Positions 1 through 13,439 of a stretch of DNA of 64,000 nt are shown piece by piece. The stretch spans positions 1 through 64,000 of the forward strand of contig JAQGDQ010000841.1 in NCBI GenBank assembly GCA_030141605.1, given 5' to 3'. The stretch comes from Tubiluchus corallicola (lineage: Eukaryota; Animalia; Priapulida). Below the pieces are notes generated by a model. That model ran no database searches and was not told the DNA's origin. It saw nothing but the letters and a program-made list of their open reading frames with translations. How positions within the stretch are numbered: the stretch's first letter is position 1; each line of letters begins with the position of its first letter. A program made the position numbers and the translations under genes.

Positions 1-201
1 GATGAGTTACTGAACCATGAGAAGTGTCTTAGCCTCGTTTGCATGTGTCAGTCCTTTCACAAACGTGTGAAAATTTAACTACATAGACTACTCTTTTCTA
101 ATATGATTGCAGTTTAAACTTCGGCACATTTTTTCTGTGCCACCCGATATAAACATTCATAATGGTGATGTCTTCCTTGATTCTCATAATTACTTGTTTA
201 A

Positions 202-809
202 AGGAAAGAACAAGTCACTCAGTATGTTGGGTTTATTTCACTGTTATCACCTAAACTTAAAAAAGGCATAACAAAGAAATTTGCAAAAAACTGTCTGTAA
301 AGCATAAATTTAAAATTATACTACCTCTCAATAGAAATTTTCAGGCGTGGTGGTTGCCGCCATTCACTTGAAAATTATGACGTAACTGGGAGACTTCGTG
401 ACTTTTCGTAAGCGCGTCGTTGTTTTCCGTAAGCGCGAGCTGTTTAAACTAATTCAAACTTCTGCAGCTAGTTATCTAATGTTCACGCAAAAATATTACA
501 AAATTAGCTATCTATAATTTTAATGAAAACTTATTATACTATTGCCGAAGATTGAAAGTGAACACCTTTTCTTCAAGACGAATGACGTCATTGGAAGAAA
601 AATGGGTGTTGAAAATTGAAGCTCTCAAGCAGATGAGGTGATCGCGACTTTAAAGTGATTTTACTAGTTTACACGAGGCGCTTATTGCAGTTTTATTACT
701 AAGTCCTTCTAACGTTTGTTACGAACATTAAAATAAACCTGGCTTCCTAGAAAATAAACATGGCTTCCTAGAAAATAAACATGGCTTCCTAGAAAGCTTG
801 ACCTTTCCT
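202..809 (+). mobile_element. Kolobok-like MITE, family A
   Basis: TTAA at 198-201 and 810-813; TIR AGGAAAGAACAAG / CTTGACCTTTCCT; homologous copies elsewhere in the window; internal 21-bp triplication near the right end. Confidence 0.8.
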
Positions 810-1719
810 TTAACTTTTGTCCATCAGAAGTTGTCCAACAGGTTTTTCTAGTGTCCATCTTTGACCCGATGCACCCCTGCAAATCTGGCAATGATTGGCA
901 AACGCTGTTTTGTTTGGCTTCACTTGTTCGCCTTTTCAAGGTCAGAGAGAATTTGTCTGCATTGATTGTCAAACAGTGAGTGCTACGTGTGCGCAATATC
1001 CTAATGTAATTTTTCTAACACAGCAAGTTGTCTGCGTCACGTAGGCATTGATCGTGCGGTTAGGAGAAATCCTGCGGGAATAGATCGACTGGATTTGCTT
1101 GTCTTTAATTCCTCTTTACATTCTTCTTCCCTCTTGTTATTCTTGTTGATTTTTTTGGCTTCATTTATAAGATAAGGTCATGGCAAATGGAGGCACTCTG
1201 TACATTCATTGCATTGAAGATTTAACATCGTCATCATCACCATCACCATCGTCATCGTCGTCATCATCGTCGTCGTCGTCAGCATCATCATCATCATCAT
1301 GATCATCATCACCATCACCCATCGCAATCCTCATCATCATCGTCATCGTCATCCTCATCATCGTCATCGTCACCACCTTGCAAAATCATCTATCACGTCT
1401 TGCATCATCGGCAACTTGGTGATTTTTGGTTTACAAGTCAAATAAACTTGAAGCAACATTCAAGAGTAAATTATGGACGGATATAATTTCATGATGTGGC
1501 GATAGTACGTCACAGATCACGTGACAGGCGATCACGCTACGAATTCCAAATGTGCGAATAGAGAAGGTAGCACCAAGTTTTGCCCTCTAATTCTGGACAC
1601 ACTTGCGTGTCAGTTGGCAAGTTACTTGGCGAGAAAACCCGCCAGTCTAAACGCGCAGTAATGTTCTAAATTATTTCCACAAAAACATATAAACTGAAGG
1701 AGGGAATCGCTAGACTTAC

Positions 1720-2015
1720 CTGTAACAAACGACTAGCACCAAACAGGAAAACAGGACGATCAAAGCGACGCCTGCTGACGAAACACCGTAAACAACATTA
1801 TTCATGGAAGCCATAGGCACTGCAGGATCTGCTGCCGAGCAAGGCGGGAGGGGAGTGACTTCCGGAAACAGACAGGAAATATCAGGTGGCGGCGGGAGGT
1901 TGAAGAGTGGAGGAGGCGGAAGACAGTCTTCTGGACACAACATGGTTTCAATGCCTTCTTCTTCTTTTTCTAGTATGCGTGTCTCCGTGAGCAGAGTAGC
2001 GTTTGTCAAATTTGC
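1720..2015 (-). CDS. Exon of a Cys/proline-rich single-pass membrane protein
   Basis: Acceptor tttctttttcAG and donor AG|GTAAGT bound a higher-GC open frame: ...MLCPEDCLPPPPLFNLPPPPDISC...VVYGVSSAGVALIVLFSCLVLVVCYR (TM helix followed by a basic residue). Confidence 0.7.
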
Positions 2016-2147
2016 CTGAAAAAGAAATATTAGATAAGCAGAATTTTTCACGTTTGAGGAATTTTCTACGTACCAGAATTTAGATCTCATTTGAGGCATC
2101 CAAAATGTGCTTAAATACAAGGAATTGTGTTGGTGGTTGTGTTGGAG

Positions 2148-2191
<44 letters not shown>

Positions 2192-2397
2192 GCTTGTTTG
2201 TTTTTTCGTTCATTCAGTTGTTTGACCTTATTCATTTTAGTCACAATGGTTCTAATATTGCATGTAATGCAACGGAATGAAATACACAAATATTGGTTGG
2301 TTTAGTTCAATTATCTCTACTGCATTGCAAGTATTTCAAAATTCTGATCACTTGTAAATTATCAAACATAATCGCATAGATGGTAAAAAAAACTTAA

Positions 2398-2650
2398 AGC
2401 ACAAGAAAATCTATCATCTTCTAAGTTTATACCACTTACATACAGCCTTTTTGCATGCAGGGCTTGCGTCGGCAACAACAGTGTATAAAACTTGTAAATT
2501 TGAACTCCCACAATGACCATTAGACGCAGCCATTTTAACCGTAAGTCATTCGGAACAAGTTTAGATCAAATTAATGTAAAGTTTGAAAAAATATTCAATA
2601 CATTCGTAGCGCACACGTCACTAACTGAGTGAAATTTTAAATTACTGTAT
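2398..2650 (-). mobile_element. Kolobok-like MITE, family B, right-end fragment
   Basis: TTAA-AGCACAAGAAAA followed by reverse homology to the right end of 58147-58816. Confidence 0.65.
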
Positions 2651-2657
2651 TAATTTT

Positions 2658-4557
2658 AAAAACAGTCGTCTATCTCCTGGCTTCAAGCCTTTATGACTGC
2701 AATACTTTCAGCAAAGGAAAAACAATCGTCTATTTCCTGGCTTCAAGCCTCTATGACTGCAATACTTTCAGCAAATGAAAAACAATCGTCTATCTCCTGG
2801 CTTCAAGCCTCTATGACTGCAATACTTTCAGCAAATGAAAAACAATCGTCTATCTCCTGGCTTCAAGCCTCTATGACTGCAATACTTTCAGCAAAGGAAA
2901 AACAATCGTCTATCTCCTGGCTTCAAGCCTCTATGACTGCAATACTTTCAGCAAATGAAAAACAATCGTCTATCTCCTGGCTTCAAGCCTCTATGACTGC
3001 AATACTTTCAGCAAAGGAAAAACAATCGTCTATCTCCTGGCTTCAAGCCTCTATGACTGCAATACTTTCAGCAAATGAAAAACAATCGTCTATCTCCTGG
3101 CTTCAAGCCTCTATGACTGCAATACTTTCAGCAAAGGAAAATCTATCTCCTGGCTTCAAGCCTCTATGACTGCAATACTTTCAGAAAGGAAAAACAATCG
3201 TCTATCTCCTGGCTTCAAGCCTCTATGACTGCAATACTTTCAGCAAGGAAAACAATCTCTCTCCGGCTCCTCTATGACTGCAATACATTCAAAAACAACC
3301 ACCCAACCCCAACAAGAAAAACAATCGTCTGCAAAGAAAAACAATCGTCTATCTCCTGGCTTCAAGCCTCTATGACTGCAATACTTTCAGCAAAGGAAAA
3401 ACAATCGTCTATCTCCTGGCTTCAAGCCTCTATGACTGCAATACTTTCAACAAATGAAAAACAGTCGTCTATCTCCTGGCTTCAAGCCTTTATGACTGCA
3501 ATACATTCAACAAATGAAAAACAATCGTCTATCTCCTGGCTTCAAGCCTCTATGACTGCAATACTTTCAGCAAAGGAAAAACAATCGTCTATCTCCTGGC
3601 TTCAAGCCTCTATGACTGCAATACTTTCAGCAAAGGAAAAACAATCGTCTATCTCCTGGCTTCAAGCCTCTATGACTGCAATACTTTCAGCAAAGGAAAA
3701 ACAATCGTCTATCTCCTGGCTTCAAGCCTCTATGACTGCAATACTTTCAGCAAAGGAAAAACAATCGTCTATCTCCTGGCTTCAAGCCTCTATGACTGCA
3801 ATACATTCAGCAAATGAAAAACAATCGTCTATCTCCTGGCTTCAAGCCTCTATGACTGCAATACTTTCAGCAAAGGAAAAACAATCGTCTATCTCCTGGC
3901 TTCAAGCCTCTATGACTGCAATACTTTCAGCAAAGGAAAAACAATCGTCTATCTCTGGCTTCAAGCCTCTATGACTGCAATACTTTCAAAGAAAAACAAT
4001 CGTCTATCTCCTGGCTTCAAGCCTCTATGACTGCAATACTTTCAGCAAAGGAAAAACAATCGTCTATCTCCTGGCTTCAAGCCTCTATGACTGCAATACT
4101 TTCAGCAAAGGAAAAACAATCGTCTATCTCCTGGCTTCAAGCCTCTATGACTGCAATACTTTCAGCAAATGAAAAACAATCGTCTATCTCCTGGCTTCAA
4201 GCCTCTAAGACTGCAATACTTTCAGCAAAGGAAAAACAATCGTCTATCTCCTGGCTTCAAGCCTCTATGACTGCAATACTTTCAGCAAAGGAAAAACAAT
4301 CGTCTATCTCCTGGCTGCCTCTATGACTGCAATACTTTCAAGCAAAGGAAAAACAATCGTCTGTCTCCTGGCTTCAAGCCTCTATGACTGCAATACTTTC
4401 AGCAAAGGAAAAACAATCGTCTATCTCCTGGCTTCAAGCCTCTATGACTGCAATACTTTCAGCAAAGGAAAAACAATCGTCTATCTCCTGGCTTCAAGCC
4501 TCTATGACTGCAATACTTTCAGCAAAGGAAAAACAATCGTCTGTCTCCTGGCTTCAA
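2658..4557. repeat. 60-bp tandem array, ~31 copies
   Basis: Unit aaaacaatcgtctatctcctggcttcaagcctctatgactgcaatactttcagcaaa(g/t)ga. Confidence 0.97.
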
Positions 4558-4740
4558 TCTCTCGAAGCCCTTTAATTTAGTCACAAAAGCTTTTAGCAGT
4601 TCAACTCTCAAGACGAATTCACGTTCACGGGCATTTGCATTTTATCTTTCATCTTTTAATTACACAGCCTCTTAGCTGATAGTAACCTTATAAACGATAG
4701 TAAAACGGTTTTATTTTGAAAGAGTGAGAAAATTACTTAA

Positions 4741-4920
4741 AAGAGAAGAAAAGGGGCACCTGAAGTAGATTTCAGAAAAATCACCTTGAAAATTATATGA
4801 CTTTACAGCAATTTTATGCACATATCGTATTCGCGTTGAAAGGATTTTTTGTTTGTTTTCATTTTAAATCGTGCTGTTCCGACCGAGCCATTACATGACG
4901 CCCCCTACGCAAAACGTAAA
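4741..4920 (+). mobile_element. Kolobok-like MITE, family B, left-end fragment
   Basis: TTAA then agaagaaaaggggcacctgaagtagatttcag, matching the start of 58147. Confidence 0.65.
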
Positions 4921-4929
4921 TATACATAT

Positions 4930-5291
4930 GCATGATCGTGAAAAGGTCAAAGGTTAAGAGTACCAGACAGCACATTTGTGTGCACTTGACACCTCACAGC
5001 CAAAGCTATTGTAATAGTAACAGTTTAACAGCTAGCTAGTACCTTGCCTAGTTCATTTTTTCTTGTTCCCGACCAAGATCCTGCTAGTAAATCATTCTAC
5101 ACACAGACTAATGCATAATTAAGTAAAGTCCACGTAAAACAACCGAAGTTACTAAACTGATGCGGCAGACTGCCTTGCTTTATCCACATGTCACGTGACG
5201 GTTGTATTTAAGACACGTTGCAGTGGCAAACCTAATCTTTGACCAACAGCAACTGCGCGTGCGCAGAAACGAAACCTTGAAAAGGCTTATT
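4930..5291. mobile_element. MITE family C copy, opposite orientation
   Basis: aggtcaaaggttaagagtaccagac...gaaaaggcttatt; reverse-complement homology to the 48621-48998 body. Confidence 0.7.
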
Positions 5292-5826
5292 GGTAGTGGA
5301 GGTCGGACTGGTCAGGGCTAGGTTGGATCACACATGCAGGCACTACGGCAATATGTAAAATGAGGCCCATTTTCAGTTCTGTAAATTGACAATAATTCGT
5401 GCAAAAACCTGGCAAATTTTGAAATTATATGAAATGGAATCATTATTAAAATAATTTGCAGCAGACGATTACAATACCAAACTGGAAATTTCGGCAATTT
5501 TAAAACCCCCACTATAAGAAGCTTATCATTTTTAAATTATCATTCACTATTATCAAATATTTGTGTTTTAAATTAATCTGGCAGGAACTCTGACACACGT
5601 TAGACTAAAGTATAAGAGTTTACTGAACTCAGTCGAAGCCCTTTCTGATTATTTTTATAATCGTTCTGTGTTGTTGTTAATGAAAATTTATTTGCATTGG
5701 TTTTTTTTGTTCTTATTAGCAAGTGTTTAAAGAATCTTAAAGGAGTCGAAGTTTATAACTTTCATATCAGAGGTGCGGAAAGACGGCAAAGCAAAAAAGT
5801 TTTCAAATTTTTCAACGTTTGTTTAA

Positions 5827-6363
5827 AGGAGAAGCGGACGATTGTTTAGACCCAATATCATTTTAATTTACTGTTCAAAATATACATTTTCTTGCCTATA
5901 AAAGTTAACAATTGTTTCTCATATTTGAATAATTAGCTTAGAAATTTAATTAACGGGAACCGAACACAGCTATTGCTACGTCATAAACTAACAACAGTTT
6001 GTGCAATGGCAGGCATCTTTCCTTGCGCGTCAAGCACGCTAGCATAAGTGTTACAGTACTGCTTAAACACATGATGTCACGAAAAATGGGCTTTACATCA
6101 TATGACGTCAGAAACTAACGCTGCAGTTCATGATCATGGTTATCACGATACCGCCTTCTATCTAACGGCCACGGGCACGTGACAAAAAGGCGCCGTTGCC
6201 AATCTTAGTAGATTCACTAGCTTTGAAAGTTTAACGAAATTTGAGTATCCGAGGTAATTATTATTTAATCTAAGCTTTGACTTAACGAAAGTTGTTGTAG
6301 CTTTCAATATTTTACAGCATTCTTTATTCTGAACTCGTGTTTACACAATCATCCGGTTTTTCT
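5827..6363. mobile_element. Kolobok-like MITE, family E
   Basis: TTAA on both sides; TIR AGGAGAAGCGGACGATTGT / ACAATCATCCGGTTTTTCT. Confidence 0.75.
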
Positions 6364-6474
6364 TTAAAGAATCTTAAATGAGTCGAAGTTTATAACTTTC
6401 ACAACGATTTATATCAAGGGTGCCGAAAGACGGCAAAAGCAAAAAAGTTTTGAAAAATTTCAACGTTTGTTTAA

Positions 6475-7158
6475 AGGACAAGAATACGGGTACCTGAAGT
6501 AGGTTTCGGAAAAATCGCCTTGAAAAATTATATTACTTTATAGCAATTTTATGCGTATATCGTACTCGCGTTGAAAGGAATTTTAGTTTGTTTTCATTAT
6601 AAACTTTCACCTACACTTCCGACGGTGCCATTACATGACGTCATATACACACAACGTAAATCAGGGGAAGAAAAAGCAATGTGCCTAAATTATGTGGCTA
6701 AAAACTGTCCCTGCAAATCTATATTACTTAGCATTTCGCTTACCTGCTGGAAAGACTTGTGTAACTAGAAAAGAAAATTATTAATTATTTAAAATGTTTT
6801 CACCAATTGGTAAAATGGCGCTGACTCACCCCCATGGTGCACCACTCACTAACCAAAAAACGTATTTTTAATCTTATTGACAAGATACAGTAATTTAAAA
6901 TTTTGCTTAGTTAGTGACGTTTGCGCTACGAATGCTCTGATTATTTTTTCAAACTTTACGCAATGTTATCTAAACTTGCTTCAAATGACATCGTCAAAAT
7001 GGCTGCGTCTAACGGTCATCGCGGGAGTTTAAATTTACATGTTCAATAGAGCATTACTGCAGCCGCAAGTCCTGCATGCAAAAAGGCAGTATGTATAAAG
7101 TGGTATAAAATTTCAAGATGATTTTTAGCTTTGTGAAAGTGGAGGGTTTTCTTGTGCT
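6475..7158 (+). mobile_element. Kolobok-like MITE, family B
   Basis: TTAA-AGGACAAGAA...TTTTCTTGTGCT; collinear with 58147-58816; right TTAA lost. Confidence 0.8.
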
Positions 7159-8599
7159 ACAGCACTATCCTAATTAATACTGTAACGTAATTAAAACAGA
7201 AAAACATTTCGAAATTCTCAGTGGGTTGGTGAGCTAGAAATGTTAAATTTACACTAGAAATGCTGATCACAAGGACAAACCATGAAGATTTGAAACAGAT
7301 CAAAGCTTACCCTGCCTTACATGAATTTGCAAAGAAAACTTTACACTTTCGTTGCAAATTTATGTAAAGCAGCAAAATCTAACTGTTTGTGGTGTGTTAG
7401 AAACTTTCGCACCTCTCTAATAATTATTTGTGATGTGTTGGAAAATTTCCTGAGCAAGTGTTTGCTATGTATAGAACTCCCGAGTTTTTTGCTCGTAACA
7501 GTTTGTAGTGTGTTAACTGCTCAACAAAACATGTATAGTAAAGTGACCATCCTATAGTACAGGACACTATAATAGAAGAAACACATCAAAATGTACTAAA
7601 AATTCTTGTTTATGAAAGCCAATGTAAAAATTGGTCCTAGAAATGCAATAAACCAAAGCTGAGTTATGCTGGGAGCGAGCACATGTCTTTAGGTTGTACT
7701 GAAGTATATCGCTAAGCAGCGGCCGACCAGCTAAGTGGCACATGGCAATTGTTAGTATATGTAGTTTGTACTAGAGAAAAAAGAATTATGTAATAAATGT
7801 GAAAAAGGAAAAGTAAGGTAGGTCAGTAAGAACAGGATAGCGCTAAAAAAACAGTTTGGAGAAAGAAGGTCATGGTAGTAGGTTTACAGATTATAATTTT
7901 AGTTTTTTTGAGAGGTGATTATATTCTCATTTTTGTAGGAGTGTAATTATAATCATAAAATAGTTTGTATTGATGGAGAGAAATTTTGTATACGTATAGT
8001 TATAATATTTTTCAAGGAATATGTTATGAAAGGAGTAAGGAAGACAAAAAACAAATACAAATAGAGGTTTTTGGAGTCGTCAGGAGGAACTTGAGAGTCG
8101 AATTTCGGCTGCTTACTCCTCAACTCTTTGCCTCTCAAGCATGTATAGTAAAGTGACCATCCGATAGTACGGGACACCATAATAGAAGAAACACATCAAA
8201 ATGTACTAAAAATTCTTTTGAATTTAACTTACCAAACCCAAAAATTCGGTTCTTGATAACAACCGCGCCTTTCCCCTGGAAGGCGTAAAGTGCAACACCG
8301 CCTGCATATCCCAAAACAGGAAAATTCCCAACAGATGATTACAGGAAAAGGGGAATAAATTAACAGCCTGAACGAGATATCACGCATAAGAGTTGAACGA
8401 ATCCACCATCTGAGAGCAGTTTTTCGCGAATGCAAAACGAATCGAAGATTTCCGCTCTTTCTCACAAAAAGTTTCACTCGCACAGATAATAAGAACGTTC
8501 TTTCACAATCAACAGAACCTTCAATGTGGCACTTTCACTACTTTCCCCTAAAAACACAACTCTTATAAGCAAAAGTGCATTTCACTTAACTGCGGTTAA

Positions 8600-9204
8600 A
8601 GGAAAACAACACGATTTTTCATATCCTTTCCCAATATGCAGTGCAGCAGAGTGTATAAAATTTAACGCCTACAATAATGCCAAAGCATTTCTAATAATTA
8701 AATAATAGGTTAAAAACTAAGGTTAATGGCAGGCGAGCCCAACTATTGATGACATCACAAACGAACATAATTTTCAACATCATAAATATTCCACGAGTGC
8801 GTTGCACGTGTCTGCGAAAGCGAAAACTGTAAGATATTCAGTGTGTTGTACTAAAACTAGGCAAGTTTTAAGATAAAAATTCAAATTTCGATTTTACCGC
8901 TGAGCTTACGCATGAGCTGTTGAACGTGTGTAGTTCGTCACAAACTAACACATCTAAACTCAGAGGCACGGCACCTGTTTTTTGTGCAATACGTTTCCGA
9001 AATGCAGGCGCTAGTGCCCGTCTAACCAGCACAATGATGAAATACATGTAGCAGCGAAGAATTAGTGGCGCGAACGTGAAATTGTGTTTGCGTGGTAATA
9101 ATTCTTTCACCTAAGTCATTTTTTAAAAAAATAGTATGTCTTCTTTCACTACTTTAAAGAGCAGATTGTCTTGATCTACAGTTTAAGATTGGGTTAGGTT
9201 TCCT
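8600..9204 (-). mobile_element. Kolobok-like MITE, family D
   Basis: TTAA-AGGAAAAC...GTTTCCT-TTAA; reverse homology to the 25492, 33135 and 53134 copies. Confidence 0.8.
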
Positions 9205-9799
9205 TTAATATAAAATCAATCAATAATCTTTCTCAAAACACGCACTTGCTAAATTTTAACCAACACTCGAATTTTGAATAACTTTTCAAATCGCTGACTT
9301 CGCTAAATCTAGCGAAACGAAAATCTGCGAGAAATGTCGAACTTTTAGACTCGATCCTAGAGTCTATTCCATTAGCAATCAAGTAAATTGGGAAGCAGAG
9401 AGGATTTCACTTAGGGATGACATCTCAGGTCGCCATGCCAGCTCATATTTACATAATGCATCTCAACGCGGACGTGTACAAGAGCTTTAAACTGGTTAGA
9501 GGCGACGTCTGGTGAATTTTCTTGTGTAATTACTCGAGTACATTGCTAAAATTCTTCAACAAGTTGCAGCTAGGCAGCGAGTTTCAAAAATCCCCTGATA
9601 CAAGAGGGCGGTGTCCGAAAAGTGGACAACTGGACGCTGCAGGGCACAAGGATTTCCTTGCACTAAGCTGCCATTGTCTTCTGCAGCCAATAGGAATTAA
9701 GGAAAAGTAGCTTTAACCCCATCACTGTTTAATCATCTAAAGTAGAAAAATATGTAGTACGTTTGGGGTTTTAATTTACCATAGTTTGGAGTGAGAGAG

Positions 9800-10046
9800 C
9801 ACTTCTTAAAATGGCAGAAAAATAGTGGCTTCTTAAAATTACAAAACAATAGTGGCTTCTTAAAATGATCAAACAATAGTGGATTCTTATAATGATAGAA
9901 CAATCGTAGCTTCCTAAAATGATAGAACAATAGTGGATTCTTAAAATGATGGAACAATAATGGCTTCTTAAAATGATGGAACAATAATGGATTCTTAAAA
10001 TGATGGAACAATAGTGGCTTCTTAAAATGATAGAACAGTAGTGGCT
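9800..10046. repeat. 27-bp minisatellite, ~9 copies
   Basis: Unit cttaaaatgatggaacaatagtggctt. Confidence 0.9.
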
Positions 10047-10702
10047 GTTTTGCAGAGCTGCAGCCAGCCGATCTTGCACTATCAGTGATTATATACACAC
10101 TTGCAGCGTCACTGTCTTGCAGTTTCTGTACCACAGTCTTGCAGTCTATCAACCTTACGCTATCATAGATTGTACCCACACTTATAGCGACACTATCGTT
10201 TAGTTGTTGTACTCAAATGAACAGGTTACCGACCTTGCGCTACCATAGAGTATACACGCACTTGCAGCGGCACCATCTTGCAACTTCTAGCACTAACACC
10301 AACCAAAGATTACACACAACATTGCATCGGCACTTCGTTTACCCTTCAACAGCTACATACGTTTGTCGTACGTTTTCTATACAACCAAGATTTTCCAGTC
10401 GCATCTGATGCTGCCAACGCCCCCAAGCGGTGAGAAATAACGACAAGGAAATTCCTCACACGCAGCGGATGAAACAGTTTCGCTGGATAATCTAATCTGA
10501 TCTAATCGCGCTGAAAATTGTCACCGTTTATTAGATAATTGAGTATGAGCGTAATGATTGATGGCGCGGAAGATAATGACAACATTACCTGTTTATTCAC
10601 CTGTTAATAACCTCACCTGGAGAGGGAGAGTGTTTCGAATTCTGTATAATGGCAGGTAAATAGTTGATGTTTGTTTAAAGAAAAAGACAAGTCATTTGAT
10701 AG

Positions 10703-10854
10703 TATATATATATATAATATAAATAAATATATAAATATAAATAAATAAATAAATATATATATATATATATTTATATATTGCCACCATTTTGGTATATATA
10801 TATATATAGATATATATACTACTATTTTGGTAGTATATATACATATACTACCAA

Positions 10855-10888
<34 letters not shown>

Positions 10889-10960
10889 GTATGTATATAT
10901 ATATATATATGTATGTATGTATATATATGTGTGTGTGTGTGAGCGTGCGTGCGTGCGTGC

Positions 10961-11002
<42 letters not shown>

Positions 11003-11012
11003 GCGTGCGTGC

Positions 11013-11063
<51 letters not shown>

Positions 11064-11106
11064 CGTGCATGTGTGTGTGTGTGTGCGTGCATGTGTGTGT
11101 GTGTGT
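10703..11106. repeat. Compound (TA)n/(TATG)n/(TG)n/(TGCG)n microsatellite
   Basis: Direct inspection. Confidence 0.95.
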
Positions 11107-11317
11107 ATTTAGTTCATTATAATGTAACCTTTCATTTTACAAAAATTTAAAACATAATAGTACGCATAGTTACAGTAAAATAAAAGCCACTCTATCCACA
11201 GTGTTATGAGACACCTTAAGAATCATTAAAAACTATCATTTTACATATAGATTAAAACAGTCATTAAACAAGCATTAAAACATATCATTACACTAGCTAA
11301 AAAAATTCTTCTTTCCG

Positions 11318-11331
11318 CCACTAGGTGGCAG
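11318..11331 (+). promoter_or_regulatory. Consensus CTCF-type motif
   Basis: CCACTAGGTGGCAG; motif match only. Confidence 0.45.
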
Positions 11332-12527
11332 GTTCTGGCACATTCTTTTAAACAAATATCACCTGACAGTATCTGACGTAATTTGTCATTATTGTTGAAC
11401 TCTATTATTGATTTTTGCGCTTAGACACTGGAATAACGAAATGCGAATATCGTCATAAAGGGGACGATGCAATAAAACATAAATATGTTGGGTTCATTTG
11501 ACTGTTATCACTAGAAATATAACAAAGAGATTTGCAAAAAAAAAATTCCGTAAAGCATAAATTTAGAATATACTACCTCTGAATAGAAATTTCAGGCGTG
11601 GTGGTTGCCGCCATTCACTTGAAAATTATGACGTAACTGGTAGACTTCGTGACTTTTCGTAATCTCGTCGTAGTTTTCAGCAAGCAAGCACTGCTTAAAC
11701 TAATTCAAATTTCTGCAGCTTAACTAATGTTCACACAAAAATATTACAAAATTAGCTATCTAATTCTTTTGTAAAAATTTATTGTACTTTTCACGACGAT
11801 TGACTGTGCACTACTTTTCTCCAAGACGAATGACGTCATTAGTTGAAGAATGAGCATTGAAAATCGGAGCGTCCAAGCATGAAGTGATCGAGACTTTAAA
11901 GTGATTTCACAAGTTATTGCAGTTTTATTAACGAATCCTTCTAGCATTTTTCACGTTAATAGAAATAAGCTTTACTCCCCAGAAGGCTTGACATTTCCTT
12001 TAAACGACATTTCAATAATCATGGATAATCAATAATTATGGACAATCAAAGCACCTCACAAATCAGAAATTGATGCATTTGAAAGAAGAAACTACAGGAT
12101 CAATCACCCTCCATAATAAACCTTCAACTTTTGAATCACCCCGTATTTGTGAGCAAAAAAACCAGATAGAACTAATTTTCTTGGTTAGAACTCAATTCTT
12201 AATCTCTCACTCGACCGAAATTCAAACCCATAAGGGTCCTTTAAGTAGAAAAAATCAACACGACTTCAACATACCTGAGCTAGTAAAAGCAATCAGACAA
12301 TGGACAGGTATGTGACAGGTAAATACCTGGTCAGGTAAGAGGAGGAACTCACGCAGACGATTGTGTACCTAGGACTAACGTACCTGGATTTGTAAATATT
12401 GGGGTAATTAGAAGACCCCTGTCAGACGAGCGGGAAAAAATAAACTGTTGTTTCATTTAATTAACCCTGAACAAGTCAAAATGGGTGACTGTAAAAACAT
12501 CGTGTTATTTTGGTTACCTCTGGTACC

Positions 12528-12793
12528 TGAATGAATGAATGAATGAATAAATAAATAAATGAAGGAATGAAGGAATCGATGAACGAATAAATAAAAGAAT
12601 AAATAAATAAACGAACAAGTGAATGAATGAATGAATGAATAAATGAATGAATGAATGAATGAATGAATGAATGAATGAATGAATGAATGAATGAATGAAT
12701 GAATGAATGAATGAATGAATGAATGAATGAATGAATGAATGAATGAATGAATGAATGAATGAATGAATGAATGAATGAATGAATGAATGAATG

Positions 12794-12848
<55 letters not shown>

Positions 12849-13118
12849 GAATGAATCAATGAATGAATGAATAAATGAACGAACGAATGAATGAAGGAAG
12901 GAAGGAAACAATGAACGAATAAATAAATAAATGAATAAATAAATAAATAAATAAATGAATGAAAGAATGTACGAACGAACGAACAAATAAATAAATAAAT
13001 GGATGAATGAATGAATGAATGAATGAATGAATGAATGAATGAATGAATGAATGAATGAATGAATGAATGAATGAATGAATGAATGAACGAACGAACAAAC
13101 GAACGAATGAATGAATGA
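12528..13118. repeat. (GAAT)n/(CAAT)n/(AAAT)n tetranucleotide microsatellite
   Basis: Direct inspection. Confidence 0.95.
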
Positions 13119-13439
13119 TAGAGCAAACCTAACCAATAAATTCTTTCATTCAAGCTAAATCAATCAGTCAAATCAAACACCAATCAAGTCAAAAAATAAT
13201 TTTGCTTAAAAATATGCTAATTAAGTAAAAACCAAAAACAACAGAAGTTCAGTCGGAGGAATAACAACCCTCCAGAGGTCGCTTCAGCAACCGTCTGCAA
13301 TAAATCATGCGTTTGTTGAGGCAATAAAACCAAATTTGAATAACAATGCGTAGATGGTTTTAAATGGATTTCCGCTCTTGCTGTGTGCATGGTGCAAAGA
13401 GCTGTAAACTGATTTAATGTTTATAAACAAAATCTGTAG

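Larger units (their letters stand above)
10679..11999 (+). mobile_element. Kolobok-like MITE, family A, interrupted by ~780 bp of microsatellite and other sequence
   Basis: TTAA-AGAAAAAGACAAGTCA start; family A homology resumes at ~11480 (tatgttgggttcatt...); ends cttgacatttcct-TTAA. Confidence 0.75.

Noticed and set aside
3125-3340. Degenerate patch inside the 60-bp array resembling a spacer or insertion
   Set aside because: Clustered single-base indels and a C/A-rich smear look like long-read consensus error or local decay; not interpretable without reads.
2693-4580. Repetitive ORFs (MTAILSAKEKQSSISWLQAS)n
   Set aside because: By-product of a 60-bp unit lacking stops in one frame; broken by frameshifts, with no splice signals or unique domain.
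8229-8483. Minus-strand ORF ending at a GTAAG donor-like site
   Set aside because: Could be a UTR or alternative first exon, but there is no recognisable protein and no way to link it from sequence alone.
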